Shown: piece by piece, positions 19,156 to 28,400 of the stretch
Position numbering within the stretch: position 1 is the stretch's first letter
Layout of the letters: every line of letters begins with the position of its first letter
Assembly: GCA_964607945.1 (NCBI GenBank)
Contig: CAZSNX010000002.1
Location: 1-35,372 of the forward strand
Direction of reading: 5' to 3'
DNA: 35,372 bases
Source of the DNA: an uncultured Candidatus Obscuribacterales bacterium
GTDB lineage: Bacteria; Cyanobacteriota; Vampirovibrionia; Obscuribacterales; Obscuribacteraceae
Notes under the pieces: generated by a model
Database searches by the model: none
The model's input: the letters and a program-made list of their open reading frames with translations, nothing else
Told to the model about the DNA's origin: nothing
Position numbers and translations under genes: made by a program

Positions 19156-19160
19156 GTCGC

Positions 19161-20444
19161 ATGACTCATACCAAGTCTACTCAAGCACCGCTGGCAGATC
19201 GGATGCGTCCACGCTCGATCGACGAATTCGTCGGCCAAGAAAAGTTGCTGGCCGAAGGCGGCGTGCTCCGGCAGATGATAGACAGCGACCAATTGTATTC
19301 GTTTATCCTCTGGGGACCGCCTGGTGTCGGTAAAACTACGCTTGCTAGAATAATCGCCCAGCAAACCAACAGTAAATGGATGTCTTTCTCCGCTGTCACC
19401 TCCGGTATCAAGGAGATCAAGTCCGTGATGGCCGAGGCCGAAGCGTTCATGAATTTTGAAGGACGCAGGACAATCCTGTTCGTAGACGAGATCCATCGAT
19501 TCAATCGAGCTCAACAAGACGCTTTTCTGCCGTATGTCGAAGCTGGCACCATCGCTCTGGTCGGCGCTACTACCGAGAATCCATCGTTCGAGATCAATTC
19601 GGCCCTTCTGTCCAGGCTTAAGGTCTTCGTGCTGGCTGAGCTGACCGCTGAGAATCTTTTGTCTATCTTGAGCCGAGCGCTTACGGATAAGGAGCGCGGG
19701 CTGGGCAACGAAGGCTGCTCGGCTGGTGAAGATCAGTTGAAGTTTTTGGCGACCTACGCCTCCGGAGATGCGCGCACTGCGCTTAACAGCTTAGAGCTGG
19801 CTGTCATGCTGGCCAATCGTCAAGGTAAAACTGAGCTGTCCGACAATGAGATTAAGGCGGCTGTGCAGCAGGCCGTGCTCAAGTACGACAAGAGCGGGGA
19901 AAATCACTTCAATCTCATTTCAGCGCTGCATAAGTCGATTCGGAATTCGGATGTCGACGCCAGTTTATACTGGCTGGCGCGCATGCTGGAGGCTGGAGAG
20001 GACCCGCTTTATATAGCCAGGCGTTTAGTGCGTTTTGCCTCGGAAGATATCGGAATGGCGGCGCCACAGGCGCTCGGGCAGGCTGTATCGGCGATGCAGG
20101 CGGTGGAATTGATTGGCATGCCGGAAGGCAAAATCGCTCTTGCGCAGGCGGTGGTTTATCTGGCATATGCTCCCAAATCCAATGCGGTGTACATGGCGTA
20201 CAACGGTGCTGCCGGCGATGCTCTCAATACGATTCAGCATCCGGTGCCGCTGCATCTGCGAAATGCACCGACTTCACTGATGAAGGATCTCGGTTATTCC
20301 AAGGGCTACAAGTATGCCCATGACTATGACGAGGGAAAGGCCAACATGAAATGCCTTCCCGGCGAATTGTCGGACAGGCGCTATTACAAGCCAACCAAAC
20401 GAGGCTTTGAAGCCAAGCTCGGCTCTCAAAATTTGTCCGAGTAG
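19161..20444 (+). CDS. rarA: replication-associated recombination protein A (AAA+ ATPase)
   Basis: [16 protein letters not shown], Walker [27 protein letters not shown] and the MgsA C-terminal domain ([23 protein letters not shown]). Confidence 0.9.
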   Translation: MTHTKSTQAPLADRMRPRSIDEFVGQEKLLAEGGVLRQMIDSDQLYSFILWGPPGVGKTTLARIIAQQTNSKWMSFSAVTSGIKEIKSVMAEAEAFMNFEGRRTILFVDEIHRFNRAQQDAFLPYVEAGTIALVGATTENPSFEINSALLSRLKVFVLAELTAENLLSILSRALTDKERGLGNEGCSAGEDQLKFLATYASGDARTALNSLELAVMLANRQGKTELSDNEIKAAVQQAVLKYDKSGENHFNLISALHKSIRNSDVDASLYWLARMLEAGEDPLYIARRLVRFASEDIGMAAPQALGQAVSAMQAVELIGMPEGKIALAQAVVYLAYAPKSNAVYMAYNGAAGDALNTIQHPVPLHLRNAPTSLMKDLGYSKGYKYAHDYDEGKANMKCLPGELSDRRYYKPTKRGFEAKLGSQNLSE

Positions 20445-20469
20445 GAGCCGGCCGTCAGTCCGTCAGCGA

Positions 20470-21075
20470 CTAGCGCCTCCAGAACTGCCACCATTTTCTT
20501 GATCTGAACGCTTCCAGTTCGGATCGTGCTTCAGAAAGCATTTCAGCTAGTCTGGAGTTCTCTTCTTCGTTGACTCTCAGGAGCTCGTCCAGGAAATCAC
20601 AATCTACTTTTACTTTGGAAAGTGCATTGAGAAGATCGCGGCGCTCGAGTTGAGAGGCTTCGATATCCAATTCGAGCGATTTCAGTCGCTTGATTTCTTC
20701 TTCCAGCTCGGGAATTCTTTCGAGCGCAAAAGCTTGCGCTACCATGATCTGCTTGAGCGTGGAGTTTTGCTCCGTGAACTCCTGAAGCTTTTGAAGAACG
20801 GCAATCAGGCGCTTCTGCAGGTAAGTGTTCTCATGGTTGGCGCGGACAACTGCTTCCTGCTCTCTGAGCTTTTGCACGGCTTCCATTACTTGCCGGCGAA
20901 GACGTTGCTCTTTCGCGCGATTGACTCGAACATCCTCTCCGTCAGCCACCATCTCTGATGCCCATTTAAAGAGATCTTCGAGCCCTTCCAGAGCGATCGA
21001 ACTTTCGTGATTACTAAGGTTTCCAGGACCGGGATTAACGTCCCGTTTCATTGCAGAGATCTTGTGAGCTTGCAC
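20470..21075 (-). CDS. hypothetical coiled-coil protein with Trp-rich basic C-terminus
   Basis: 201 aa with heptad-like Leu/Glu/Arg/Lys composition, ending in RKWWQFWRR. The start is GTG 21075 or ATG 21051. It is divergent from the secretion-like cluster. Confidence 0.55.
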   Translation of the reverse strand: MQAHKISAMKRDVNPGPGNLSNHESSIALEGLEDLFKWASEMVADGEDVRVNRAKEQRLRRQVMEAVQKLREQEAVVRANHENTYLQKRLIAVLQKLQEFTEQNSTLKQIMVAQAFALERIPELEEEIKRLKSLELDIEASQLERRDLLNALSKVKVDCDFLDELLRVNEEENSRLAEMLSEARSELEAFRSRKWWQFWRR

Positions 21076-21443
21076 TTAAGCCCCCTTTCCAGCAACATAT
21101 CATAAAGCTATAGATCAATTTGTACAAACATTTTTTTGCCACCACCGGCGAAGATTTCTCTCAGGAGCCCAAAACGATCTGGCAGTAATGGTTTCGGGCT
21201 GGACAAAAGATTTGGCACTGGTCCATTGGTATTTATCGGAAATTACAGGGAGGTTGAACCGGAGACTCTCAGGTTGACCTCTGACCGAGCGGCGCGTGCT
21301 GAAGCTTTCATCCGAGTCCATTGGGAAAAACCGGGGGGACTTGCGTAGGACCACCCAAGACAGCGGCAGAATGACCGGATAGTCTACTCTTGCGCCGGCT
21401 TGTCTTCAGGTGAGGGGATGTCCGGAACCCGGAAAGAGAGCAA

Positions 21444-22178
21444 ATGACTAAGAAGAAACAGGCAGAACAAAAGAATTGCGGCAATCAGATCTTGTTTGCC
21501 GGCTTGGGTTTGGTTCTGGCTACTGTACCTTTTGCCTGTCCTGGCTCGTCTGTGCAAGCTCAGGGAATGCAGTCTCTGCGCAATCCGCTTATTCCGGGCG
21601 TGCCAAGCGCTGGCCCGATGGAACAAGCCCAGGAAGGCATGCCGCCGCCGCCGGGCGATGGCGATACTCCGATGCCGGTAACTCCGGGGCATGAAGGCAA
21701 CCCGTTGCCGCCGCCGTCGGCAGTGACCGTTCCGGCTACCAGCCCGCTCGACAAGAGTGAAGTCAACTCGGCTGTCGCACCATATTTGACGCCACCGCCG
21801 TCAACTCCCGGCCAGAACCCCGGCATGCTTCCCGGAACATTAAGCGGCTACAGACCGCCGGCACTGATGACTGAGGTGCAACCTCAAGGTGGTCTTCAAG
21901 GCAATGCACCGATCCATAAGTGGGATGGGCAGACGACCAGGGATTATGGTCTAGTCCGGCCGCGCGGTTCGCAATCGACCGACTTTGGGCGGCCGCTGGA
22001 TCAAGTATCTGTGGTTCGAACCAACAAAACCGAGGACGGGCCGCGTCCGATCGGGCAAAACGGGGCACCGATGCAGCCAAATCTGGGCGGTGCTCAACAA
22101 ACTTCAGACCTTTACGGCGCAAGGACTCTGTACAAAGGTGCGTACCTGCGTCCTGTCATGACTATTGCTCCTTATTAA
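21444..22178 (+). CDS. secreted Pro-rich protein, paralog A
   Basis: Signal peptide ends in VQAQG. The mature part starts with LRNPLIPG. It shares PPPSTPG..PG and STDFG.P blocks with the next gene and ends in ...TIAPY. Confidence 0.6.
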   Translation: MTKKKQAEQKNCGNQILFAGLGLVLATVPFACPGSSVQAQGMQSLRNPLIPGVPSAGPMEQAQEGMPPPPGDGDTPMPVTPGHEGNPLPPPSAVTVPATSPLDKSEVNSAVAPYLTPPPSTPGQNPGMLPGTLSGYRPPALMTEVQPQGGLQGNAPIHKWDGQTTRDYGLVRPRGSQSTDFGRPLDQVSVVRTNKTEDGPRPIGQNGAPMQPNLGGAQQTSDLYGARTLYKGAYLRPVMTIAPY

Positions 22179-22206
22179 CCCAGGCTTCCAGGAGGCCAAG
22201 TAAATC

Positions 22207-23175
22207 ATGTTGACCAAGATAATCACCAGGGTAGCAATCGGCTTAGCGGTCACCGCCGGAGTGTGGCACAGCGCAGGCTGTCAATCCGCCCACGCTCAAG
22301 GGTCGAGCACGCTGCGCGACCCGCTCATTCCTGGGGCTATCAGCTCCGCGCCGTTTTTCCCGGCCGCTGAAGGTCGACCGCCGGCTCCCGGCAGCGGACC
22401 CACGCCGGCACCGGTCATCCCCGGTCAGGGCGGGCCGCCGACGCTATTGCCCTGGATACCGGCTGTGCCGTCCAATCAGATCGATATCGGCTCGAGCGGA
22501 ATACCTCTACCATTTGGACCTCCGGTTGAAATGCCGCCGGGCGTGCTCGGTCCTTTGATGACCCCCTTTGTGCCTGCACCGCCCTCCACTCCTGGTGTAG
22601 ACCCGGGCATTTTGACCGTGCCGCCCTATGCTCAGACATTCAACCCATCGGCGCTGGCGCCGGTTGCTCCGCTCGGCGGCATTCCCGGTACCGGTGGTTA
22701 TAACACCACCATCCCGACAGTCCGTCGCGGCGGGCAGGAGACTCATCAGTGGGAGTTGCGCGGGCGCAACAGTTCGCTGATTGGCGGATTGGGCGACGGC
22801 AGCCAAGATCAAGTATCGCGTTTGGGTCCTTATACCGGTTGGGGCTTGCCGTTCGGCGTGCCGACCGGCAACGGGCTGCGCAACAACTCGATCGATCTAG
22901 GCGGCGGCATGCGCTTCGGTGGCGGTGAAGGTACGCCTATTTCAACCGGCTCATCCTTGCAGGATTTCGGCGACAGCGCCATGCGTAACGCTCCGATCCA
23001 GGGGCTGGGCGCTCAGCAGTCGTACGAATACGGGCAAGGCTGGCGCCGGATTCCGATGTACAGCAGCAAGTCGACTGACTTCGGCTTCCCCTACAAGCAG
23101 TTCAATGGCGCCAACATCGGCAACCAAAAAACAGGACAGCGCTTGAATCCTACCGCTGTGATCACCAACTTCTAG
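22207..23175 (+). CDS. secreted Pro/Gly-rich protein, paralog B
   Basis: AGGAGG RBS. The signal peptide ends in AHAQG and is followed by LRDPLIPG. It shares blocks with 21444-22178 and ends in ...AVITNF. Confidence 0.65.
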   Translation: MLTKIITRVAIGLAVTAGVWHSAGCQSAHAQGSSTLRDPLIPGAISSAPFFPAAEGRPPAPGSGPTPAPVIPGQGGPPTLLPWIPAVPSNQIDIGSSGIPLPFGPPVEMPPGVLGPLMTPFVPAPPSTPGVDPGILTVPPYAQTFNPSALAPVAPLGGIPGTGGYNTTIPTVRRGGQETHQWELRGRNSSLIGGLGDGSQDQVSRLGPYTGWGLPFGVPTGNGLRNNSIDLGGGMRFGGGEGTPISTGSSLQDFGDSAMRNAPIQGLGAQQSYEYGQGWRRIPMYSSKSTDFGFPYKQFNGANIGNQKTGQRLNPTAVITNF

Positions 23176-23182
23176 CCTGCCA

Positions 23183-23216
23183 GGGGGGATTCTCCCATTG
23201 CAGTGGGAATTCCCCC
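23183..23216 (+). promoter_or_regulatory. two-copy GGGAWTYCCCC motif (site A) upstream of gene 23294
   Basis: The sequence is GGGGGGATTCTCCC-N8-GGGAATTCCCCC. The ends of the two copies are 20 nt apart. A TAAGAT -10-like hexamer (23242-23247) lies 25 nt after the second copy. Confidence 0.45.
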
Positions 23217-23293
23217 GCTTTCCTCCAGCAGGCGCTTCTCGTAAGATTCCAGCATCGCTCCATCCCCAGGCAAACAAAATCGAAGCCACCAAA

Positions 23294-24079
23294 ATGAAAA
23301 CCCTCCTTCCCAATTCGAATAAGACAGTACGGACGCTAGCGTTCGTAGCTGCCACGGTTCTGTTGGCAAGCAGCAGTGTTGGTCAAGCAGCCAGCGCTCA
23401 GGGATATGCCAGCGGCCAGTCTAACTACTTTGCCTCGGCCGGCTCCGAGCAAGATTCGTTGTTGCCACCAGAAGTGGTGCCGCTGGATCCGGTCGCTGCC
23501 AATAAGCTAATGGAAAGTCAGGCGCAATCGAGAGCAGCCAATATCGATATTCCCGACATGCAATCGGCCCCTGGTATGGTCACGATGGACCAGCCTGGAG
23601 CCGGCATGCAAACCGCTCAAGATGCTCGCAAAGCGGCGTTCAACCAGTTGATGGGGCAGAACCAAGTCGCTCCGATCAACCGCTCGTATCAGCCGCAGAT
23701 GCCTGGCGGTCAGATGGGACCTGGCGGTTTCCCCGGCGCTCCTGGCGCCGGAAATCCGAATTTCCCCTATCAACCGCAAATGGCCAACAACTATCCCGGA
23801 CCGCAAGGCGGTGCGGGCGGGCAAACCGCTCAGTCCGGTTGGATGCAGCCCGGACAAGGTGGACAACAGACTCTTTCCGGTGGTGTGAAATACACCCAAC
23901 AAAGACGTGATATTCGCCGGGCCGGCTTGTCGAATGCCGTAAGTGCGGTCGCCGGTCTAGGCACGGGATTGTTCCTCGGCTCGCTGGTTTCGCGCTCTTA
24001 TTATTCGAACCCGGTCGGGCTCGGGATGATGGGGTTGGGAATGACGGGATTTGGCATACGAAATGGATTTAGGTTCTAA
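23294..24079 (+). CDS. secreted Gln/Pro/Gly-rich protein with C-terminal glycine-zipper hydrophobic tail
   Basis: I chose M33 of the track ORF: MKTLLPNSNKTVRTLAFVAATVLLASSSVGQAASAQG is a good signal peptide. The C-terminus is GLGTGLFLGSLV...GLGMMGLGMTGFGIRNGFRF. Confidence 0.6.
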   Translation: MKTLLPNSNKTVRTLAFVAATVLLASSSVGQAASAQGYASGQSNYFASAGSEQDSLLPPEVVPLDPVAANKLMESQAQSRAANIDIPDMQSAPGMVTMDQPGAGMQTAQDARKAAFNQLMGQNQVAPINRSYQPQMPGGQMGPGGFPGAPGAGNPNFPYQPQMANNYPGPQGGAGGQTAQSGWMQPGQGGQQTLSGGVKYTQQRRDIRRAGLSNAVSAVAGLGTGLFLGSLVSRSYYSNPVGLGMMGLGMTGFGIRNGFRF

Positions 24080-24083
24080 GCAT

Positions 24084-24806
24084 ATGAAAGTGATCATTCT
24101 CGCTCTAATAACCACAGCAGCCACCAGCGTTCTTGCAGTGCAAAGCGCGAACGCCGAGGGTCGCTCCGCCCGATTCGATTTCGCTCCCAACATGTGGAAA
24201 GTCGAAGGGGTGCGCGTGCCTCCCATCCAAGAAGCTCCGCATGCAGTCAAAAGCGGTGCCGTGCCTCATGGTGCAAGCTTCCTCGGTCTGTCTCCGCATA
24301 TGCTCACTAAGCCGGCGCCGGTTCATCAACCGGCAATGCCGCCGCAAGCGCAAACTCAAGTAGCGGCAAAACCGAGCTTCACTCGGACCGTACCGCAGAT
24401 AGCAGTGCCTAACACGCAATACAAGAACGAATTCGGCAAGGCCGGCAGTTTGAATCCACCGGTGGTGGCAAGTGCACCGCCTGCTGTTGCTCCGCCGCTG
24501 CCGCAGTCTGCCGGTCAGGCTCAATCGCTGCCGCCGATGTCGCAGCAAGCCGCACCGGCAAAGGCAAGCTATCCAGCCAAACCGCTAGTGGCTCACAATC
24601 GTACGTCCTCAGCCAGAAATGTGCACGGAGTGCTTAAGCATCGTAACGCACCGAGTGGGCTGGTTGCCGATGCCGGCAAGAGGATCGACAGTTATGGCAA
24701 CAACGGTTATGTTCCAGGTTCATTTCTCCCGGCCGCTTACACCGGCGATGGTTCAACTACTCAGACCGACGTACACGGTCGAGTCATGAGCCACAGATCG
24801 AAATAA
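24084..24806 (+). CDS. secreted Pro/Ala-rich protein
   Basis: ATG 24084 lies 4 nt after the upstream stop. Signal peptide is MKVIILALITTAATSVLAVQSANAEG. The body is Pro/Ala/Gln-rich and low in complexity. Confidence 0.55.
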   Translation: MKVIILALITTAATSVLAVQSANAEGRSARFDFAPNMWKVEGVRVPPIQEAPHAVKSGAVPHGASFLGLSPHMLTKPAPVHQPAMPPQAQTQVAAKPSFTRTVPQIAVPNTQYKNEFGKAGSLNPPVVASAPPAVAPPLPQSAGQAQSLPPMSQQAAPAKASYPAKPLVAHNRTSSARNVHGVLKHRNAPSGLVADAGKRIDSYGNNGYVPGSFLPAAYTGDGSTTQTDVHGRVMSHRSK

Positions 24807-24880
24807 GGCATCACTTCGTTTCTCAACTAATTGGCGCAAGGTCAATAGATCTCTAAACTGACAACCCTAGGAGGTTAAAA

Positions 24881-25312
24881 ATGGTAACCAGCATTAAATC
24901 AACCAGCAAGAAGATTATGTCTTCTCGCGCCTTCAAGGTTGCCTGTCGCGTGGGATTTCTCCTGGCTCCACAACTGGTCCTCATGGCCATCGGTGTTTAC
25001 GATCAAGTAGCACATGCCCAAGGGCTGGTGGGAGCTCCAGTAGACCCCCGCTACGGGCAATCAAATGAAGTAGGTCAGATGGCCGACTTCGGATATGACA
25101 CCGCACGTGACATATCCCGGGTCGTGACCGCGCTTTCGACAATTCCGTCCTCGATGGCGGGAATGAAGATCGCTTTCGGTCAACGTGACGGTGGTGAATC
25201 CGCCATGAACGTAGCCAAAGGACTCGGTATCGGATTCGGTGGACCGACAGCGGTTCACTTGATCGGAACGTTCGCCATCAACAACTTCGGCGGACTCGGC
25301 GGCGGTCTATAA
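24881..25312 (+). CDS. small two-helix membrane protein, candidate VirB2/TrbC-like pilin
   Basis: Strong SD (AGGAGG, 7-nt spacer). A long leader ends in AHAQG. The mature part is about 96 aa with two Gly-rich hydrophobic segments (ISRVVTALSTIPSSMAGMKIAFG and GLGIGFGGPTAVHLIGTFAI) separated by a charged loop (QRDGGES). It sits immediately upstream of the VirB6-like genes. Confidence 0.5.
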   Translation: MVTSIKSTSKKIMSSRAFKVACRVGFLLAPQLVLMAIGVYDQVAHAQGLVGAPVDPRYGQSNEVGQMADFGYDTARDISRVVTALSTIPSSMAGMKIAFGQRDGGESAMNVAKGLGIGFGGPTAVHLIGTFAINNFGGLGGGL

Positions 25313-25327
25313 CCGTCACCGCTTTTC

Positions 25328-25352
25328 GGGCCGGTATCTTCGATACCGGCCC
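25328..25352 (+). terminator. stable hairpin 16 nt after the pilin-candidate stop; possible attenuating terminator
   Basis: GGGCCGGTAT-cttcg-ATACCGGCCC forms a perfect 10-bp stem with a 5-nt loop. No U-tract follows, so it is not a canonical intrinsic terminator. Confidence 0.35.
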
Positions 25353-25362
25353 GAATCCTTCA

Positions 25363-25378
25363 GGGGGAATTTCCCCCC
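25363..25378. promoter_or_regulatory. single near-palindromic copy GGGGGAATTTCCCCCC (site B) upstream of VirB6-like paralog 1
   Basis: It has the same core as sites A and C. It lies between the post-pilin hairpin and gene 25494. Confidence 0.35.
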
Positions 25379-25493
25379 TCAAGTCGAAAGCTTCGGCACC
25401 AGTCAGAACTTCGAAGCAAGACTTCAAAAACTTTCCAAGCGGTTGTAGAGAGACCAAGCGTTTGCCGAAAGAGATGCTACCCACCTCGCAAAG

Positions 25494-28400
25494 TTGGATT
25501 CAACAGTGTTAGCCGACACTACTTGCATGATTCAATTTCTCTATCGGCTCCTGTGCGCCAGGATTTTTGATTCGACGCGCTTGCCTGCACTTTCTACCTG
25601 TAGAGTCGAAGTAAGAAAGAGTTCTTCAAGCAGAGCCGGTCGTGCACTGCTTGTAATGTTCTTGTTGTTGGCACCATACATTCTTTTGTCCGGCGCCGCT
25701 CTCGCTCAAACCGAGCCGCCCCAGCAGAAGGCCGGCGATACGCTGCCGATCGGGGCAGGCGATCTCGGAGCCGGCGATGATCTTTCGCCCAAGGCCAGCC
25801 GTACCGATCCGACCTCGAAGTATTACACTGATTCGCGAGCCGACACCAACCTGGTGACTCAGGAAGCCGAACAGAACAAAAATGGCGTCACCGAGATAGT
25901 TACGGATATGCTGAAAGGGCAGCTCGGCGAATACAACGACGTTTATTGGGGTCAGCACCAGTTCTGGTCGGATGATATTGTAAGCAACCTCTTTTCGAAT
26001 ATCGGCCAGCTGATTGGAAAATGGCTGACTGAGTTCATCGATGGCTGGGTAGCTGATACCGTTCAGTTCCTGACAGCCTTCCTTAGAATCTTCGTGCTCA
26101 ATCCCAACATCGCCGTCAACGGTTTGAACGGCAACGGGCAAGATGACATCTCACCTTATATCCGTCAAGCTGCCGATATAATGTATGGCATTGCGGTCGA
26201 CCTGCTGCTTTTGCTCTTTATCCTTTGCATTTGGAAGTATTGGGCTGAAGCCTCTTGGCGAGGCGGCGGCAACCTGATGGGTGCGGTCGGCAGATTGATC
26301 TTCACAGCCGGGCTGATGCTGGCTTGGCCGACCATCTATGCATTCGAGATTCAAATCACCAATGAGATGATCAAGGCCATCTATTTCAATTCGGCCGATC
26401 AGGTCGTGATGCTGGATGCCGCTATGGCTGCCGCAGTCAAGGGAGGCTTGATGGCGACGGCCGGAGGGCTGGCTCATGCCTTCGCACCGGTAATCTTTTC
26501 AGTGGCAGGTGGTGCTCTCGGCGGCGGTGCCGGCGGTCTGGTTTTAGGCACTGTTGGTGATATCGTGTCGTTCGCCGGGTTGCTTATCTACACCACCTTA
26601 GGTGTGGTGCTGATTACCGAGTTGGTCTATTTCCTGGTGCTAAAGGCGATTCAGACAGCGCTTCTGGTCGCTCAATACATGTTTGCGCCGATTTTTCTGG
26701 TGTTCTTCGCCACTCCCGATACCGAGTCGGTGACTTCCGGATTCGTCAAAGCATTCGTTGAAGTCAGTCTCTGGAATTTCGTCTGGATTGGACTGCTCAA
26801 GATCATGGTGATCGTCTTGTATTCCGATTTCAATCCCTGGGGCAAGATTATTATGGCTGTGGGCATTCTGCAGATCATGATTCAAGTGCCGGGCTTCCTT
26901 TCCCGAGCTCAAATCAGCCCGATGTCCGATTTCATTTCGGCCGGCTTGATCTCCGGCAGCGTGCTCAACGGCTTCAAAGCTCTGGGAATGGCGGCTACGA
27001 AACGCACATCTCAGCTGTTCGACTACATGTTCAATCAACAATACGCCGCGCGCGGATTGACGCAATCTACCGGTGCTGTGATGGCGACTTTGCCGACTCA
27101 GGCTGCTGACCCCAAACTGCTCAATCAAATCAGAGCGGCGGCTGTCGGCAAGTCTCTCGATGGCAGACCTGATACCGGTCCGGGCCGTCCGCCGGCGGCT
27201 CGCGGTGATGGCGCCCATTCACTGGCTGCGCCTGGTTTGACCGGGCTCAATGGACAGCAGCCGGAGACCGAACAGCAGAAACAGGCCCGCCTCGAGCAAG
27301 AGCGACAACAAAAGGCGCAACAGTATGCGGCCGTTTTGGCAGCTGCCAGAACCGGTACCGGTTTGCCGGCTGGTACGCAGCCCGTTGCTGGCGCCGCCGG
27401 AGTACCACTTGATGCCGCTGGCGGTGCCGGTGCTAATCTCAATGCTACCCCCGGAGTTAGAAATAATCTGGCGGCCGGTGCACTAGTCGGCGCCAGCGCA
27501 GGAATGGCAAGAGCGCTTTCGGATGCCGGGCTTCATCGCGGCGTGACCGATCCGCTCACGACCAATGTCGCACACGGGCTGCAAGGTGCCGGTCAAGCTT
27601 TCGAGAAAGGTCTGGACGAAAAGTTTGCGCACGGTGGTGCCGAAGGCGATGTAATCAATCCGGCACAACGATTCAATCATGCCGGTTATAAGTTCGTGCA
27701 GGCGAAGATAGCTGCTGTCGATGCCCGTACGTATAACGGCAACAGCATCGGCTTTTCCGATGACGGTCAGAACAAACTGGTTGGTGATGGACGCGGCAAT
27801 TTGAGGCATATGCGTGCTCGCAAAGGCGCCTCTGCCGAAGAAGTCGCGCATTTGGTGCTGGCCGGCGGCTTTACTGAGCTGTTCAAGGACGATTCGGAAG
27901 CTTTCGATGCTGCCCGGCAATCGGCTATTGATTCAGGCGAAGATGGTCCGAAAGGAATGTTCGAACGCATGGGCGCAGGCTTCATGGCGCATCAAGGCGG
28001 AACCTTCAAGCAAACGGCCAGAGCCAAGGAGCGCTTCGCCAAGTCGCTATTCAAGCATGCTGCTCTGGGCGCCGAGTCTTACGTAAGCGGTAAGCCCGGC
28101 AATGCCTACACTGAATATCTAAGAACACGTTTCGGAGATTGGAGCGCCAAAGACGACACTTGGGGTACTCATATCTTGACCGATGCGGCGTCACCGGAAT
28201 CGCCATGGAATCCAAAGTATGTCCCAGCAACGGAAACCGTGTTCCAGTCAGGCTTGCCGATCAACAACCAGAACCGCGCGGCTGCCGCCAACCCGTATGT
28301 GATGAAGCTGCCGGCCTGGCAGCGTAGAGCTGGTATCGTTGCCGTCTCCGGTTATTTGAAACAATTGGCTGATGCTCAATATCCGGATGCCGACGACTAT

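Noticed and set aside
21115-21354. Two mutually overlapping ORFs (79 aa minus, 70 aa plus) in the 21076-21443 gap
   Set aside because: Neither has an SD sequence or a recognisable motif, and they overlap on opposite strands. I treat the region as non-coding.
23198-23293. N-terminal extension of the 293-aa track ORF (TTG 23198)
   Set aside because: The extension would translate the GGGAATTCCCCC motif region. It has no signal-peptide character, whereas M33 (ATG 23294) begins a classical signal peptide.
25363-25378. Literal match of GGGAATTTCC to the eukaryotic NF-kB site consensus
   Set aside because: The context is clearly bacterial (SD sites, operons, lgt, uvrC). The resemblance is coincidental.
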